From Gaiellaceae bacterium (GTDB taxonomy: Bacteria; Actinomycetota; Thermoleophilia; Gaiellales; Gaiellaceae): a DNA stretch of 64,000 bases. The notes under the pieces are model-generated. The model saw only the letters and a list, made by a program, of their open reading frames with translations, did no database searches and was not told where the DNA came from. The stretch lies in contig DASQWB010000032.1 of NCBI GenBank assembly GCA_035640455.1, positions 7,189-71,188 of the forward strand, read 5' to 3'. Of the stretch, positions 16,578 through 25,670 are shown in pieces (position 1 is the stretch's first letter; each line of letters starts with the position of its first letter). The translations under genes were made by a program, and so were the position numbers.

Positions 16578-18637
16578 GTCTCCGACACCGTGACCCGGCC
16601 GTTCTCGAGCTGCACGTTCCAGGCGCGATCGAAGGCGCGCACCCGCTCGAGGCTCAGCCGGCCCGCCCACGGCGGCAGCTCGGGCGCGACACTCTCGAGC
16701 GCCCGCCGCTCCAGATTCGGCCGCAACCCGAGCAGGAGGCGCAGCAGGAGCACAGGCGTTCCGGCCGCCCACGCCTGCGGGCGGGCTGCGGTCGGATAGG
16801 CGATCGGGAACGGCGTGGCCCCTCGCGAGAGCCCGGCAAAGACCTCCGGCAGCTGGTAGCTGAAGAAACCGGCGGCCTCGAGCATCCGACGGGCGATGCG
16901 GTGCACCTCCTCCCAGCGGCTGTAGCGGGCGAGGCCCCACGCGATCAGCGAGTTGTCGTGCGGCCAGACGGTGCCGTTGTGGTAGGAGAGCGGGTTGTAG
17001 CCACCTTCGCTCGCGCCCATCGTCCGGACGCCCCAGCCCGACCACAACGAGTCCGAGGTGAGCTGCGAGACGACGGCGTCGACCCGATGCTCGGGCACGA
17101 TCCCGCTCCACAGGAGGTGCCCCATGTTCGACGTGAGCGCGTCGACCTGCCGCTTGTCGGCATCGAGCCCGAGCACGTAGTAGCCTCCGCGCTCGTCGCG
17201 CCAGAACGCCGCGTCGAAGGCCTGTTGGAGCGCCTCGACCTCCCGCTCGAGGCGCGCGGCGAGCTCGTCGTCGAGCCAGACCTCGCGGGCGAGCTCGGCG
17301 AGCCGCCGCTTTGCGTCGTAGACGTAGCCCTGGACCTCGACCGGCGCGATCGGCGGCTCCGCCAGCGTCCCGTCGGCGAAGCGCTGCGAGTCGTCGGAGT
17401 CCTTCCACGACTGGTTCTTGATCCCCGGCTTCGCCCGCCGCAGGTACTCGACGAAGCCGTCGCCGTCGCGGTCGCCGTACTCGTCGATCCACCGGAGGGC
17501 GAGGAGGGCCGGCTCCCGTAGCCCTCGGACGAGGTCGGCGTCGCCCGTCCACCGCCAGACCTCGGAGAGCAGGATTAGATAGAGCGGCGTCGCGTCCGCG
17601 GTTCCGTAGTAGGTCCCGTGCCACGCCGTCGCGGTCTTGCCGTGGCGCACCTCGTGGACGATCTTGCCCGGCTCGGCGTCGATCGACGGGTCGTCCTCGC
17701 GCGCCTGGAGCTCCGCGAGGGTCTCCAAGGCGCTCCGAGCCAGGTCCGGCCCGAAGAGCAGCGTCTGCAGGCACGTGACGATCGTGTCCCGACCGAACAC
17801 GGTCATGAACCAGGGCATGCCGGCCGCGGGCAGCTTGCCGATCCGCCGGTCGCGGCCGCGGATCCGCAGCGATGCGAGGTCGGCGACGGACTGCTCGAAC
17901 GTGTGGGAGAGGACGTCCCAGCTCGTGTCGAGCCCCGGGATCCAGACCCGCCATTCGCGGAGCGAATCCCTGATGTGGCTCCGCTCGTCGCCGAAGCGAG
18001 CCGCGACGGCGCTCGGAGCGCTTAGCTCGCCGTTCTCCGTGGGCACGACGTCGACCCGCAGCTCCCACACGGAGCGGGGCTGGAGCGAGAGCCGGTACGC
18101 GACGGCGCCGTTCCCGACTTCGCCGCGCTCGGAGAGGATCACCTGGGTCCGAGGCCCCGATTCGGCGCCGTCCTCGAACAGGAAGCGGTTGTTCTCGTCG
18201 TCGAAGACGGGGTCGACCGGGTCCGGCAGGCGCCGCGTGCCGGTCGGGTCGCCGAACGCGACGTCCTGCGCCTTGACCGTGAAGATGTCGGCGAAGTCGG
18301 AGGCGAACTCGAGCGCCAGCTCGAACTCGACCGGCTCGCCGCCCTCGTTCGTGACCGTCAGCCGATCCTGCATCGCCTCGCCGACGAACCGCCGCCGCGC
18401 GATCAGCAGCGTGTCCGCCGGCAGGCCACCCGCACGCGGGTTGCGCAGGTAGAACGCGGCCGAGAAGTACTCGACCTTGTCGGAGGAGAGCAGCATCGGC
18501 CGCTCCCCGTTCACCGTCAGCCTGAGACCGGAGAGGAACCGCGTGTCCTGCGCGAAGAAGCCGCTCGTCCGGTCGCCGATGTCGCCGCGGTCGTCGCAGA
18601 TGCAGAAGGTCGAGCCTTCGAGGATCGTCAGGGTCAC
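16574..18637 (-). CDS. amylo-alpha-1,6-glucosidase / glycogen debranching enzyme (GDE_C family)
   Basis: 687 aa. N-terminus MTLTILEGSTFCICDDRGDI. Also GMPWFMTVFGRD and YHNGTVWPHDN motifs. Confidence 0.85.
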   Translation of the reverse strand: MTLTILEGSTFCICDDRGDIGDRTSGFFAQDTRFLSGLRLTVNGERPMLLSSDKVEYFSAAFYLRNPRAGGLPADTLLIARRRFVGEAMQDRLTVTNEGGEPVEFELALEFASDFADIFTVKAQDVAFGDPTGTRRLPDPVDPVFDDENNRFLFEDGAESGPRTQVILSERGEVGNGAVAYRLSLQPRSVWELRVDVVPTENGELSAPSAVAARFGDERSHIRDSLREWRVWIPGLDTSWDVLSHTFEQSVADLASLRIRGRDRRIGKLPAAGMPWFMTVFGRDTIVTCLQTLLFGPDLARSALETLAELQAREDDPSIDAEPGKIVHEVRHGKTATAWHGTYYGTADATPLYLILLSEVWRWTGDADLVRGLREPALLALRWIDEYGDRDGDGFVEYLRRAKPGIKNQSWKDSDDSQRFADGTLAEPPIAPVEVQGYVYDAKRRLAELAREVWLDDELAARLEREVEALQQAFDAAFWRDERGGYYVLGLDADKRQVDALTSNMGHLLWSGIVPEHRVDAVVSQLTSDSLWSGWGVRTMGASEGGYNPLSYHNGTVWPHDNSLIAWGLARYSRWEEVHRIARRMLEAAGFFSYQLPEVFAGLSRGATPFPIAYPTAARPQAWAAGTPVLLLRLLLGLRPNLERRALESVAPELPPWAGRLSLERVRAFDRAWNVQLENGRVTVSET

Positions 18638-18646
18638 GGCGCGAGG

Positions 18647-19378
18647 CTACTCGGTGCGCAGGATGCGGCCACCGCTCGATTGCGCGAGCGCCTTGACGAC
18701 GATCTCGTCGACATTGACATGCGGAGGCCGCGTGAGCGCGAACAGGATGCACTCGGCGATGTCGTCCGGGCTCATCGCCTCGACACCGGTGTAGACGGCG
18801 CGCGCCTTCTCCGCGTCGCCGCGGAAGCGGACGAGCGAGAAGTCGGTCTCGACGAGCCCGGGATCGACGGTCGTAATCCGGATCGGCCGGCCGAGCAGGT
18901 CCTCACGCAGCGCGTAGGTGAAGCCGCGCACCGCGAACTTCGACGTCACGTAGAGCGCCGCGTTCTCGTACGCCTGCCGGCCGGCGACCGAGCCCATGTT
19001 GACGACGTGCCCGCCGTCGCGCAGGTGCGGGAGGCAGAGGCGCGTCATCCGGATCAGCCCGTTCACGTTCGTCTCGAGCACGACTCGCTCGTCCTCCTCG
19101 CTCGAGGCGTCGAACGGATCGCGCCCGAGCGCGAGGCCGGCGGCGTTCACGAGGACGTCGAGCGGGCCCAGCTCTTGCACGACGCGCTCGACGAAGCGCG
19201 CGCAGCTCGCCGGGTCGGTGACGTCGAGCTCGAGCGCGAGATCTCCCTCGAGTCGGTCGGCCCGCCGCGCGCCGACGGCGACCCTGGCGCCCTCGCGCCG
19301 GAGAGCCCTCGCCGTCGCCGCGCCGATCCCGCTCGACGCGCCGGTGACGATCGCCGTCTTGCCGTCGAGGGCGCCCAC
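18647..19378 (-). CDS. SDR family oxidoreductase
   Basis: TAIVTGASSGIGAA, NAAG and YVTSKFAV (YxxxK) motifs. Confidence 0.85.
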   Translation of the reverse strand: MGALDGKTAIVTGASSGIGAATARALRREGARVAVGARRADRLEGDLALELDVTDPASCARFVERVVQELGPLDVLVNAAGLALGRDPFDASSEEDERVVLETNVNGLIRMTRLCLPHLRDGGHVVNMGSVAGRQAYENAALYVTSKFAVRGFTYALREDLLGRPIRITTVDPGLVETDFSLVRFRGDAEKARAVYTGVEAMSPDDIAECILFALTRPPHVNVDEIVVKALAQSSGGRILRTE

Positions 19379-19390
19379 GCGCGGAGCTTA

Positions 19391-19553
19391 GAGCCCCTTT
19401 CGGGACGAACGCGCGCTGATCGGGTGCGCTGGGCGAGTGCGAGCCAAGGACGCAGGGAGCGTTCGTAGCCGGAGGCTACGGGCGCGACCGAGGACGCAGG
19501 ATCGTGGCGCCCAGCGCGGCCGGGCAGCCCGCGGCTCATTCCGAAAGGGGCTC
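19391..19553 (+). repeat. family-1 long-hairpin element, copy C
   Basis: Terminal arms GAGCCCCTTTCGG / CCGAAAGGGGCTC. The core CCAAGGACGCAGGGAGCGT...GGCGCGACCGAGGACGC is shared with copies at 39281-39449 and 52715-52882. Confidence 0.6.
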
Positions 19554-19976
19554 TCTAAGGCGTTCGAGCGGCTCCCAGACGAGCTCGGCGACGTCGACGA
19601 CAACCCCACCGGTCGTGATTTCGCCGACCACGGTGCAGACGACGTCGTTCAGGCGCGCATAGCGGTCGTCGTCGCTGAGGTGGGTCATGCTCCCGACCAG
19701 CTCGCGTCCGCCGGGGCCCTCGCTGCGGAGGAAGCCGTACAAGGCGATCATCAGCACTGCGCCGTCGTCGGTCTCGACGACGCCGCGAAAATCGGGGACG
19801 AGTGTGCCGTCGGCGCGACGCCGTGGGAAGTTGGCCGCCCGGAACCGCCCCATCACCTGCCCTTCACACCGGCCTTCGGCGATAAAGAAGCTCTGCCCCT
19901 CGGCGCCGTCGAAGAGGTCGACGCTCCATCCCTCGGGGGTGGTCCAGCGAATCCGGTAGAGCGGCTCGAGGCGCAT
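19536..19976 (-). CDS. DUF3237-like protein
   Basis: 146 aa; the assignment is from recalled family resemblance only. The last codons overlap the arm of repeat copy C. Confidence 0.6.
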   Translation of the reverse strand: MRLEPLYRIRWTTPEGWSVDLFDGAEGQSFFIAEGRCEGQVMGRFRAANFPRRRADGTLVPDFRGVVETDDGAVLMIALYGFLRSEGPGGRELVGSMTHLSDDDRYARLNDVVCTVVGEITTGGVVVDVAELVWEPLERLREPLSE

Positions 19977-19986
19977 CGGCCCTACA

Positions 19987-20013
19987 GGGACCCCGGCTCA
20001 TGGCCGGGGTCCC
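19987..20013 (-). terminator. GC-rich stem-loop downstream of the lactonase gene
   Basis: GGGACCCCGGC-tcatg-GCCGGGGTCCC gives a perfect 11-bp stem. There is no U-tract, which is the common actinobacterial style. Confidence 0.4.
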
Positions 20014-20034
20014 AGACTCGGACGACCTTCACCG

Positions 20035-21072
20035 TCAGCTCGCCGCCAGCCCCGCGACCGTCTCGGGCACGCCCTCGAAGGCGCCGACCGGTCGCAGGCG
20101 GCCGTCGTCCTCGACGCTCCAGCCGTGCACCCGCTGCGCGTCGGCGTCGATCGCGTACAGGAACGAGCCGTCGCGCGTCAGCGCCTCGTCGCGGATCCCG
20201 GCCTCGCCGAGCCGCGCCGAGCCCGCTACGGGCTCCAGCAGCTCGAGCGCGCCGTCGGAGCCGATCGCGTAGCTCGAGATCGTCCCGTCCCCGAAGTTCG
20301 TCACGTAGACGTAGCGGCCGTCGTTCGTCGCCGCGGCCCAGCAGACCTCGCTTCGGGTGTCGCCGACCGAGCCGCTCACCGGCGCGAGCCGGCCGGGGCC
20401 CGTGATGCTGTAGGAGGACGCGGCGGCCCGGCCGATCTCGCCGCCGAAGGCCTCGGTCACGACGACGGTCCCGGACGCGGTGAAGTCGAAGCCGTAGGGC
20501 GTCGCGCCCGCCGACTCGATCGTCGCCGGCCCGTCGGCGTAGCCGCGCTCGTCGACGGCGAACGAGCTGATGCTGTTCGTGCCTCGCTCGGTCACGACGA
20601 GCGTGCGGCCGTCCGGGCTGAAGGAGATCTGCGCCGGGTCGGCGTCGTCCGCGCTCAGCGGCCGCGCCGAGTCCGGAAGCGGCGTCAGCTTCCCGTCCGC
20701 GAGCCGGAAGCCCGCGATCGACGGCGTGCCGTTGTTGAGGACGTAGACGAGGTCGTCGTGCACGGCGACGCTCGTGGGGCCGGCGCCGCCCGAGGCGACG
20801 CGGTCGGCCAGCCGCAGGCCGTCCGGCTCGACGGCGAAGAGCGTGAGCTCGTCGCTGCCCGCGTTCGTGGCGAGGAGCCAGCGGCCGTCGCGGCTCAGGA
20901 CGACCGAGCTCTGCGACGGGAGATGCGGCTTGCCGGTGCCGCGGCCGCTGGTGCTGTAGCTCCCGAGCGGGTGCAGCGCGCCGTCCACGGAGCGGCGGTA
21001 GGCGACGATTCGGTTGTCGGTCTCGTCGTTCGTCTGCACGAAGACGGCGCCCTCTGCTGCGTGATCGTTCAT
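20035..21072 (-). CDS. lactonase, 7-bladed beta-propeller family
   Basis: 345 aa with repeated blade-like segments (FVQTNDE.., DGRWLLATNAGSDELTLF, DGRTLVVTERGTNSISSF, DGRYVYVTNFGDGTISSY). Confidence 0.7.
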   Translation of the reverse strand: MNDHAAEGAVFVQTNDETDNRIVAYRRSVDGALHPLGSYSTSGRGTGKPHLPSQSSVVLSRDGRWLLATNAGSDELTLFAVEPDGLRLADRVASGGAGPTSVAVHDDLVYVLNNGTPSIAGFRLADGKLTPLPDSARPLSADDADPAQISFSPDGRTLVVTERGTNSISSFAVDERGYADGPATIESAGATPYGFDFTASGTVVVTEAFGGEIGRAAASSYSITGPGRLAPVSGSVGDTRSEVCWAAATNDGRYVYVTNFGDGTISSYAIGSDGALELLEPVAGSARLGEAGIRDEALTRDGSFLYAIDADAQRVHGWSVEDDGRLRPVGAFEGVPETVAGLAAS

Positions 21073-21130
21073 CGAGACTCCCTCTGACCCCTTCGTTGAC
21101 GCTCCTGCAGTCGCGGGAGCGGCCGGGGCG

Positions 21131-22054
21131 TTACACGGGAGTCTCGCGGCGGAACGGCTCGCCGAGCTCGACCGGCTGGCGCGGGCCCGCGGCGTGCTCG
21201 ACCTGGAGCGTCGTGTGCGTCAGCCCGAAGCGCTCGCCGAGCATCCGCTCGAGGTCCGCGCGGAGGCCGTGGCAGTCGGCGCCGGGCTCGACGAGCACGT
21301 GCGCCGAGAACGCGGGGAAGCCGCTCGTCACGGTCCAGACGTGCAGGTCGTGTGCCTCGACGACCTGCGGCTCGGCGACCAGAGCATGGCCCACCTCGTC
21401 GGGGTCGATCTCGCCGGGCGAGCCCTCCATGAAGATCCGCGTCGATTCCCGCAGCAGCACGAACGCCGAGCGGAAGACGAGCGCGGCGACGAGGAGGCCG
21501 GCGATCGGGTCGAAGCGGTCCGAGCCGGTCGAGAGCACGAGCGCGCCGGCGACCGCAGTGCCGGCGAAGGCGGCCAGATCGGTGGCGACGTGGAGGAAGA
21601 CGCCGCGCACGTTCAGGCTCTCGCGGCTCGAGCGGGCGAGGATTGCCGTCGCGACCAGGTTCACGGCGACGCCGATAAGCGCCACCACGAGGACGACGCC
21701 GCCACGCACGTCCGGCGGGTCGACGAGCCGCCGCACGGCCGCGTAGACGATCCACACGCCGACGAGGAGGAGCGAGAGCCCGTTCGCCTGGGCGGCGAGG
21801 ATCTCGAGCCGCGAGAAGCCGAAGGTGAAGCGGCCTCGCGGCGGGCGGCGCGCCATCGACGCCGCGACGAGCGCGAACCCGAGCGCGCCGACGTCGGTGA
21901 GCAGGTGCCCCGCGTCCGCGAGGAGCGCGAGCGAGCCGGCGACGAGGCCGGCGACGACCTCGCCGACCATCAGCCCGCCGACGAGCACCGCCGCCGCGGC
22001 GAGTGCCCGCCGGTCGGCAGCGACCCGCGTCTCGTGCGCGTGAGCGTGCATCAC
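21131..22054 (-). CDS. cation diffusion facilitator (CzcD/ZitB-like) metal exporter
   Basis: His-rich N-terminus MMHAHAHE. SLALLADAGHLLTD, HVATD and a C-terminal cytoplasmic domain (AHDLHVW) are present. Confidence 0.85.
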   Translation of the reverse strand: MMHAHAHETRVAADRRALAAAAVLVGGLMVGEVVAGLVAGSLALLADAGHLLTDVGALGFALVAASMARRPPRGRFTFGFSRLEILAAQANGLSLLLVGVWIVYAAVRRLVDPPDVRGGVVLVVALIGVAVNLVATAILARSSRESLNVRGVFLHVATDLAAFAGTAVAGALVLSTGSDRFDPIAGLLVAALVFRSAFVLLRESTRIFMEGSPGEIDPDEVGHALVAEPQVVEAHDLHVWTVTSGFPAFSAHVLVEPGADCHGLRADLERMLGERFGLTHTTLQVEHAAGPRQPVELGEPFRRETPV

Positions 22055-22082
22055 GGCACCGTAGCGCGGGCTCAGGCCAACC

Positions 22083-22141
22083 CCGAGTGACAGTCACTCG
22101 GACCCGGCCAGCAGGGGCGTGTCGGAGTGACTGTCACTCCG
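22083..22141. promoter_or_regulatory. two 19-bp palindromes (candidate operator pair) upstream of the CDF gene
   Basis: CCGAGTGACAGTCACTCGG at 22083-22101 and CGGAGTGACTGTCACTCCG at 22123-22141, with centres 40 bp apart. The proximal one is 29 bp from the CDF ATG. Confidence 0.45.
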
Positions 22142-23236
22142 GGTTCCCGCGGCCCAGGCGCGGCCGGCGGCGACTCGCTCGGGCGCGGTCGGGTGGGTGA
22201 AGAGGAGCGCGTAGACCGGCCGCGGCGGAGCGAGGTCCGAGAGGTTGGCCGCCGCGAGGCGCACGTGGGCCGTCTCGAAGGCCTCGAGGTCTCTCGTCAG
22301 CTCGAGCGAGAAGCGATCGGCGTGCCGCTCCCAGCGCCGCGAGATCGCCGAGCCCAGCGGAAGCGCCGCCAGCTCGAGCGCCGTCACGAGCAGGAGCACG
22401 AGCGGCGCCTGCCGCGGATCCGCCGGGTGGGAGACGAGCTCCCACAACACGACGACGGCCGCGGCCGCTCCGGCCATGCCGAGCAGGGTCCCCTTGGCGA
22501 CGTGCCGCGCGTGCCGGTGGCCGAGCTCGTGGGCGACGACGAGCTCGATCTGGCGCGGCTCCTCGGCGGTGAGCAGCGTGTCGAAGAGGACGACGCGCCG
22601 AGTCGCGCCGAGCCCGGAGACGTACGCGTTCAGCTTCCGCGTGCGGCGGCTCGCGTCGGCGACGAGGACGTCGCGGACGGGGACTCCGGCCCGGCGTGCG
22701 AGGGCGCGCAGCCGCGAGGCGAGGTCCGCGTCCTGGAGCGGCCGGAAGCGGTTGAACAGCGGCTCGAGGACGACCGGCGTGACGAACCCGAAGAGCAGCA
22801 CCGCCGCGGCGGCGACCGGGGCTGCCACGACGGGCCAGCCGCGAGGGAAGGCGCGTGCCAGCCCGACGAGCGCGAGGACCGCCGCCGAGGTGAGGACGAG
22901 GCCGACGCCGAAGCTCTTGAGCCGGTCGAAGAGCCAGCCGCGCGCGGTCTGCGTCGAGAACCCCCAGCGCCGCTCGCGGACGTGGCCGCGCCAGAACGCG
23001 AGCGGCAGCCGCACGAGCGTCGAGACGCCGACGACGAGCGCCGGGAAGGCGAGCGCCCGCCCCCACCACGGGAGCGAGTCGACCGCGCCGTACAGCCGGT
23101 CGCCCGCGCCCGTGAACGCCGCCGCCGACAAAACGGCCAATCCGAGCGTCACATCAAGCAGAAGAGCGACGTAGAGCGGCCGGTGGTAACGCCGCGCCCG
23201 CTCGACCTGCTCGACGCTGAAGAGCTCGGCCGGCAT
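22094..23236 (-). CDS. M48 family (Ste24/HtpX-like) zinc metallopeptidase, membrane
   Basis: VVAHELGHRHARH HExxH motif and several TM helices. Confidence 0.8.
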   Translation of the reverse strand: MPAELFSVEQVERARRYHRPLYVALLLDVTLGLAVLSAAAFTGAGDRLYGAVDSLPWWGRALAFPALVVGVSTLVRLPLAFWRGHVRERRWGFSTQTARGWLFDRLKSFGVGLVLTSAAVLALVGLARAFPRGWPVVAAPVAAAAVLLFGFVTPVVLEPLFNRFRPLQDADLASRLRALARRAGVPVRDVLVADASRRTRKLNAYVSGLGATRRVVLFDTLLTAEEPRQIELVVAHELGHRHARHVAKGTLLGMAGAAAAVVVLWELVSHPADPRQAPLVLLLVTALELAALPLGSAISRRWERHADRFSLELTRDLEAFETAHVRLAAANLSDLAPPRPVYALLFTHPTAPERVAAGRAWAAGTRSDSHSDTPLLAGSE

Positions 23237-25670
23237 GGCGGAAACCCAAGGCTACACTCCGAGGATGGCGACGGCGGAGGGGCTCGGCCCGACCCTCACG
23301 ACGCGCGAATCTTCGGAAGAGCTCGCGACGCAGTGGCGACTGCTGACCCGCGCGACGACGTTCGTCGCCGTCCTGACGAGCCCCGTCGCGTTCCTCTGGT
23401 TCGACCGGCACGTCGGCTGGCCGTGGTACTGGTCGGTCCTCGCCGCCGCCGGCCTCGTCATCGCCTTCCGCGGCGTCGTCGACCTGGGCCTGCGGCGCTT
23501 CATCCCCTGGCCGAGCCTCTTCGGGATCGAAGACCACCGCCTGAAGGAGCAGGACGTCGTCGCGCGGCGCCGCTCCTGGTTCTGGGCGCGGCTCGTCCGC
23601 TCGGTCGTCTTCGTCGCGCTCTTCGTGACGGCCGTCTTCCTCGTCCAGCTCGCGCTCGGCAAGGACGTGACGTGGCTCGGGACGGGCGACGCGCTCTGGC
23701 ACGGCTTCTGGCGCGCCCTCTTCTCGCGGACATTCTGGACGCAGGCGATCTTCGTCTTCTTCCTCTTCATCTCGAACTTCCTGATCTTCCTCGGGCCGCT
23801 GATGCTCCTGGGCATCTCCCAGATCAGGGGCTACGAGCCGGGCGACGCGCAGTGGGGCGTGCGTCTCGAGGACGTCCGCGGCCAGGCCGAGGCGAAGGAG
23901 GAGGTGCGGCGGGTCGTCAGCCTCTGGCAGTCCGGCGAGGCGTTCGAGAGCGCCGGCGGGAGGCGCGAGCGTGGCCTTCTCTTCGTGGGCGCTCCCGGGA
24001 CCGGCAAGACGATGCTCGCCAAGGCGATCGCGACCGGATTCAACTCGCCGTTCGTCTCGATCCCGGGCTCCGGGTTCGCGCAGGCGTTCCTCGGAATCGA
24101 CGCGCTCATCGTGCGCTGGCTCGCGCGGAAGGCGCGGCGGCTCGCGGCCAAGTGGGGCGGCCAGTGCATCGTCTTCATCGACGAGATCGACGCCGTCGGC
24201 ACGCGCCGCTCGGCGCTCCAGGGTGGCGGCGCGGCCCGGTACGAACCGGCTCGCCCCGCCGAGTTCCACGGCCCATGGGGCGCGCTCAACCCGAGCGGCG
24301 ACCTGATCGTCGAGAGCCGCGCCTGGCGCGAGCACCTCTTCGAGCTGCGCGCGCCGGAGTCGCGCTCGCCCTACCCGCCGTGGGCCCGCAAGCTCGGCAA
24401 CCTCCTGAACCAGGGGCTCTTCCCGGGGATGATGGGCGGCAGCGGCCAGCTCGCGCTCAACCAGCTCCTCGTGACGATGGACGGGATCGACAACCCGCCC
24501 TTCCTGCGCCGCGTCCTCACGAGCACCGTCAACTCGGTCCTCGACGCCTCCTACGTCGTGCCGCGGCGCCTCGGCCGTCTCCCGCTCCGCCTGCCGGCGG
24601 CGGGGCCGCGGCGCGTGCAGATCTACTTCATCGGGGCGACGAACGTCTCGCTGAACGTCCTCGATCCGGCCCTGACGCGGCCAGGACGAATGGGCCGCCA
24701 TGTCTGGTTCCGCACCCCGACGAAGCAGGACCGGGTGGACATCTTCGACCTCTACCTCGGCAAGGTTGCGCACGAGCGCGACCTCGATCGGCCCGAGCGG
24801 CGCGACGAGATCGCCCGCATCACGAACGGCTACTCGCCCGCGATGATCGAGCAGATCTGCTCGATGGCGCTCACGCACGCCCACCACGACGGGCGCCTCG
24901 AGTTCGGGTGGGCAGACCTCGTCGAGGCGATGACGACGGTGGAGTCGGGCACCGCGATCGGCGTGCAGTACGTCGAGGAGGAGACGCGGGCGGTGGCGAT
25001 CCACGAGGCCGGCCACGCGGCGGCGGCCCACGTCTACCGGCCGCAGCTCGAGTCGAGCCGGCTCTCGATCCGCATGCGCGGCGGCTCGCTCGGCCACCAC
25101 CAGGCGTTCGAGAAGGAGGAGCGGTTCAGCCAGTGGCACAGCGAGGCCATGGGCGAGCTCGTGCACACGCTCGGGGCGATGGCCGCGGAGCACGTCTTCT
25201 ACGGCGAGACGTCGAACGGCGTCGGCGGCGACCTCGACTACGCGACGTCTCGCGCGGCGTCGATGGTCGGCATCGCCGGCATGGGCCCGAAGACGATCGA
25301 CCTCCACGGCGCCCGCTTCGCGGACGAGACGGAGGAGCAGACGCGTGAGCGGATCATGAAGCGGTTCGAGGCCATCGGGGCGCAGCTCATGAACCGGACG
25401 CGCGGCAGCGCGGACTTCCACGCCGACCCGATCGCCGCCGTCCTCCGCGACCCGCACAAGCGCACGCTCGCGGCGCAAACGCTCGGACAGGCGTACGTCA
25501 CTGCCGAGAACTTCGTCGCCGCGAACCGGGAGGCCGTGCAGCGGATCGCGGACGAGGTCGTCGCGAAGCGCGAGCTCTACGGCGACGAGCTCGTCGCGCT
25601 GCTCGCGCGCGCCGGCCTGCAGAAGCCCGAGATCGACTACCTCGACGATGCCTCCTGGCCGACGCTGTGA
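23235..25670 (+). CDS. atypical FtsH-like AAA+ / M41 zinc protease
   Basis: N-terminal TM helices, Walker A GAPGTGKT, Walker B VFIDEIDAV, a long insertion before GATN, LTRPGRMGRH, and the M41 site IHEAGHAAAAH. Confidence 0.8.
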   Translation: MAETQGYTPRMATAEGLGPTLTTRESSEELATQWRLLTRATTFVAVLTSPVAFLWFDRHVGWPWYWSVLAAAGLVIAFRGVVDLGLRRFIPWPSLFGIEDHRLKEQDVVARRRSWFWARLVRSVVFVALFVTAVFLVQLALGKDVTWLGTGDALWHGFWRALFSRTFWTQAIFVFFLFISNFLIFLGPLMLLGISQIRGYEPGDAQWGVRLEDVRGQAEAKEEVRRVVSLWQSGEAFESAGGRRERGLLFVGAPGTGKTMLAKAIATGFNSPFVSIPGSGFAQAFLGIDALIVRWLARKARRLAAKWGGQCIVFIDEIDAVGTRRSALQGGGAARYEPARPAEFHGPWGALNPSGDLIVESRAWREHLFELRAPESRSPYPPWARKLGNLLNQGLFPGMMGGSGQLALNQLLVTMDGIDNPPFLRRVLTSTVNSVLDASYVVPRRLGRLPLRLPAAGPRRVQIYFIGATNVSLNVLDPALTRPGRMGRHVWFRTPTKQDRVDIFDLYLGKVAHERDLDRPERRDEIARITNGYSPAMIEQICSMALTHAHHDGRLEFGWADLVEAMTTVESGTAIGVQYVEEETRAVAIHEAGHAAAAHVYRPQLESSRLSIRMRGGSLGHHQAFEKEERFSQWHSEAMGELVHTLGAMAAEHVFYGETSNGVGGDLDYATSRAASMVGIAGMGPKTIDLHGARFADETEEQTRERIMKRFEAIGAQLMNRTRGSADFHADPIAAVLRDPHKRTLAAQTLGQAYVTAENFVAANREAVQRIADEVVAKRELYGDELVALLARAGLQKPEIDYLDDASWPTL

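Noticed and set aside
14778-18752. A 1324-aa ORF, the longest in the track, which could be read as a giant multidomain protein.
   Set aside because: Only its C-terminal 347 aa (the GT4 enzyme) looks like protein. The rest is Arg/Pro/Gly-rich antisense or out-of-frame read-through of a plus-strand membrane gene and the GDE gene. This is a typical stop-codon-poor artefact of very GC-rich DNA.
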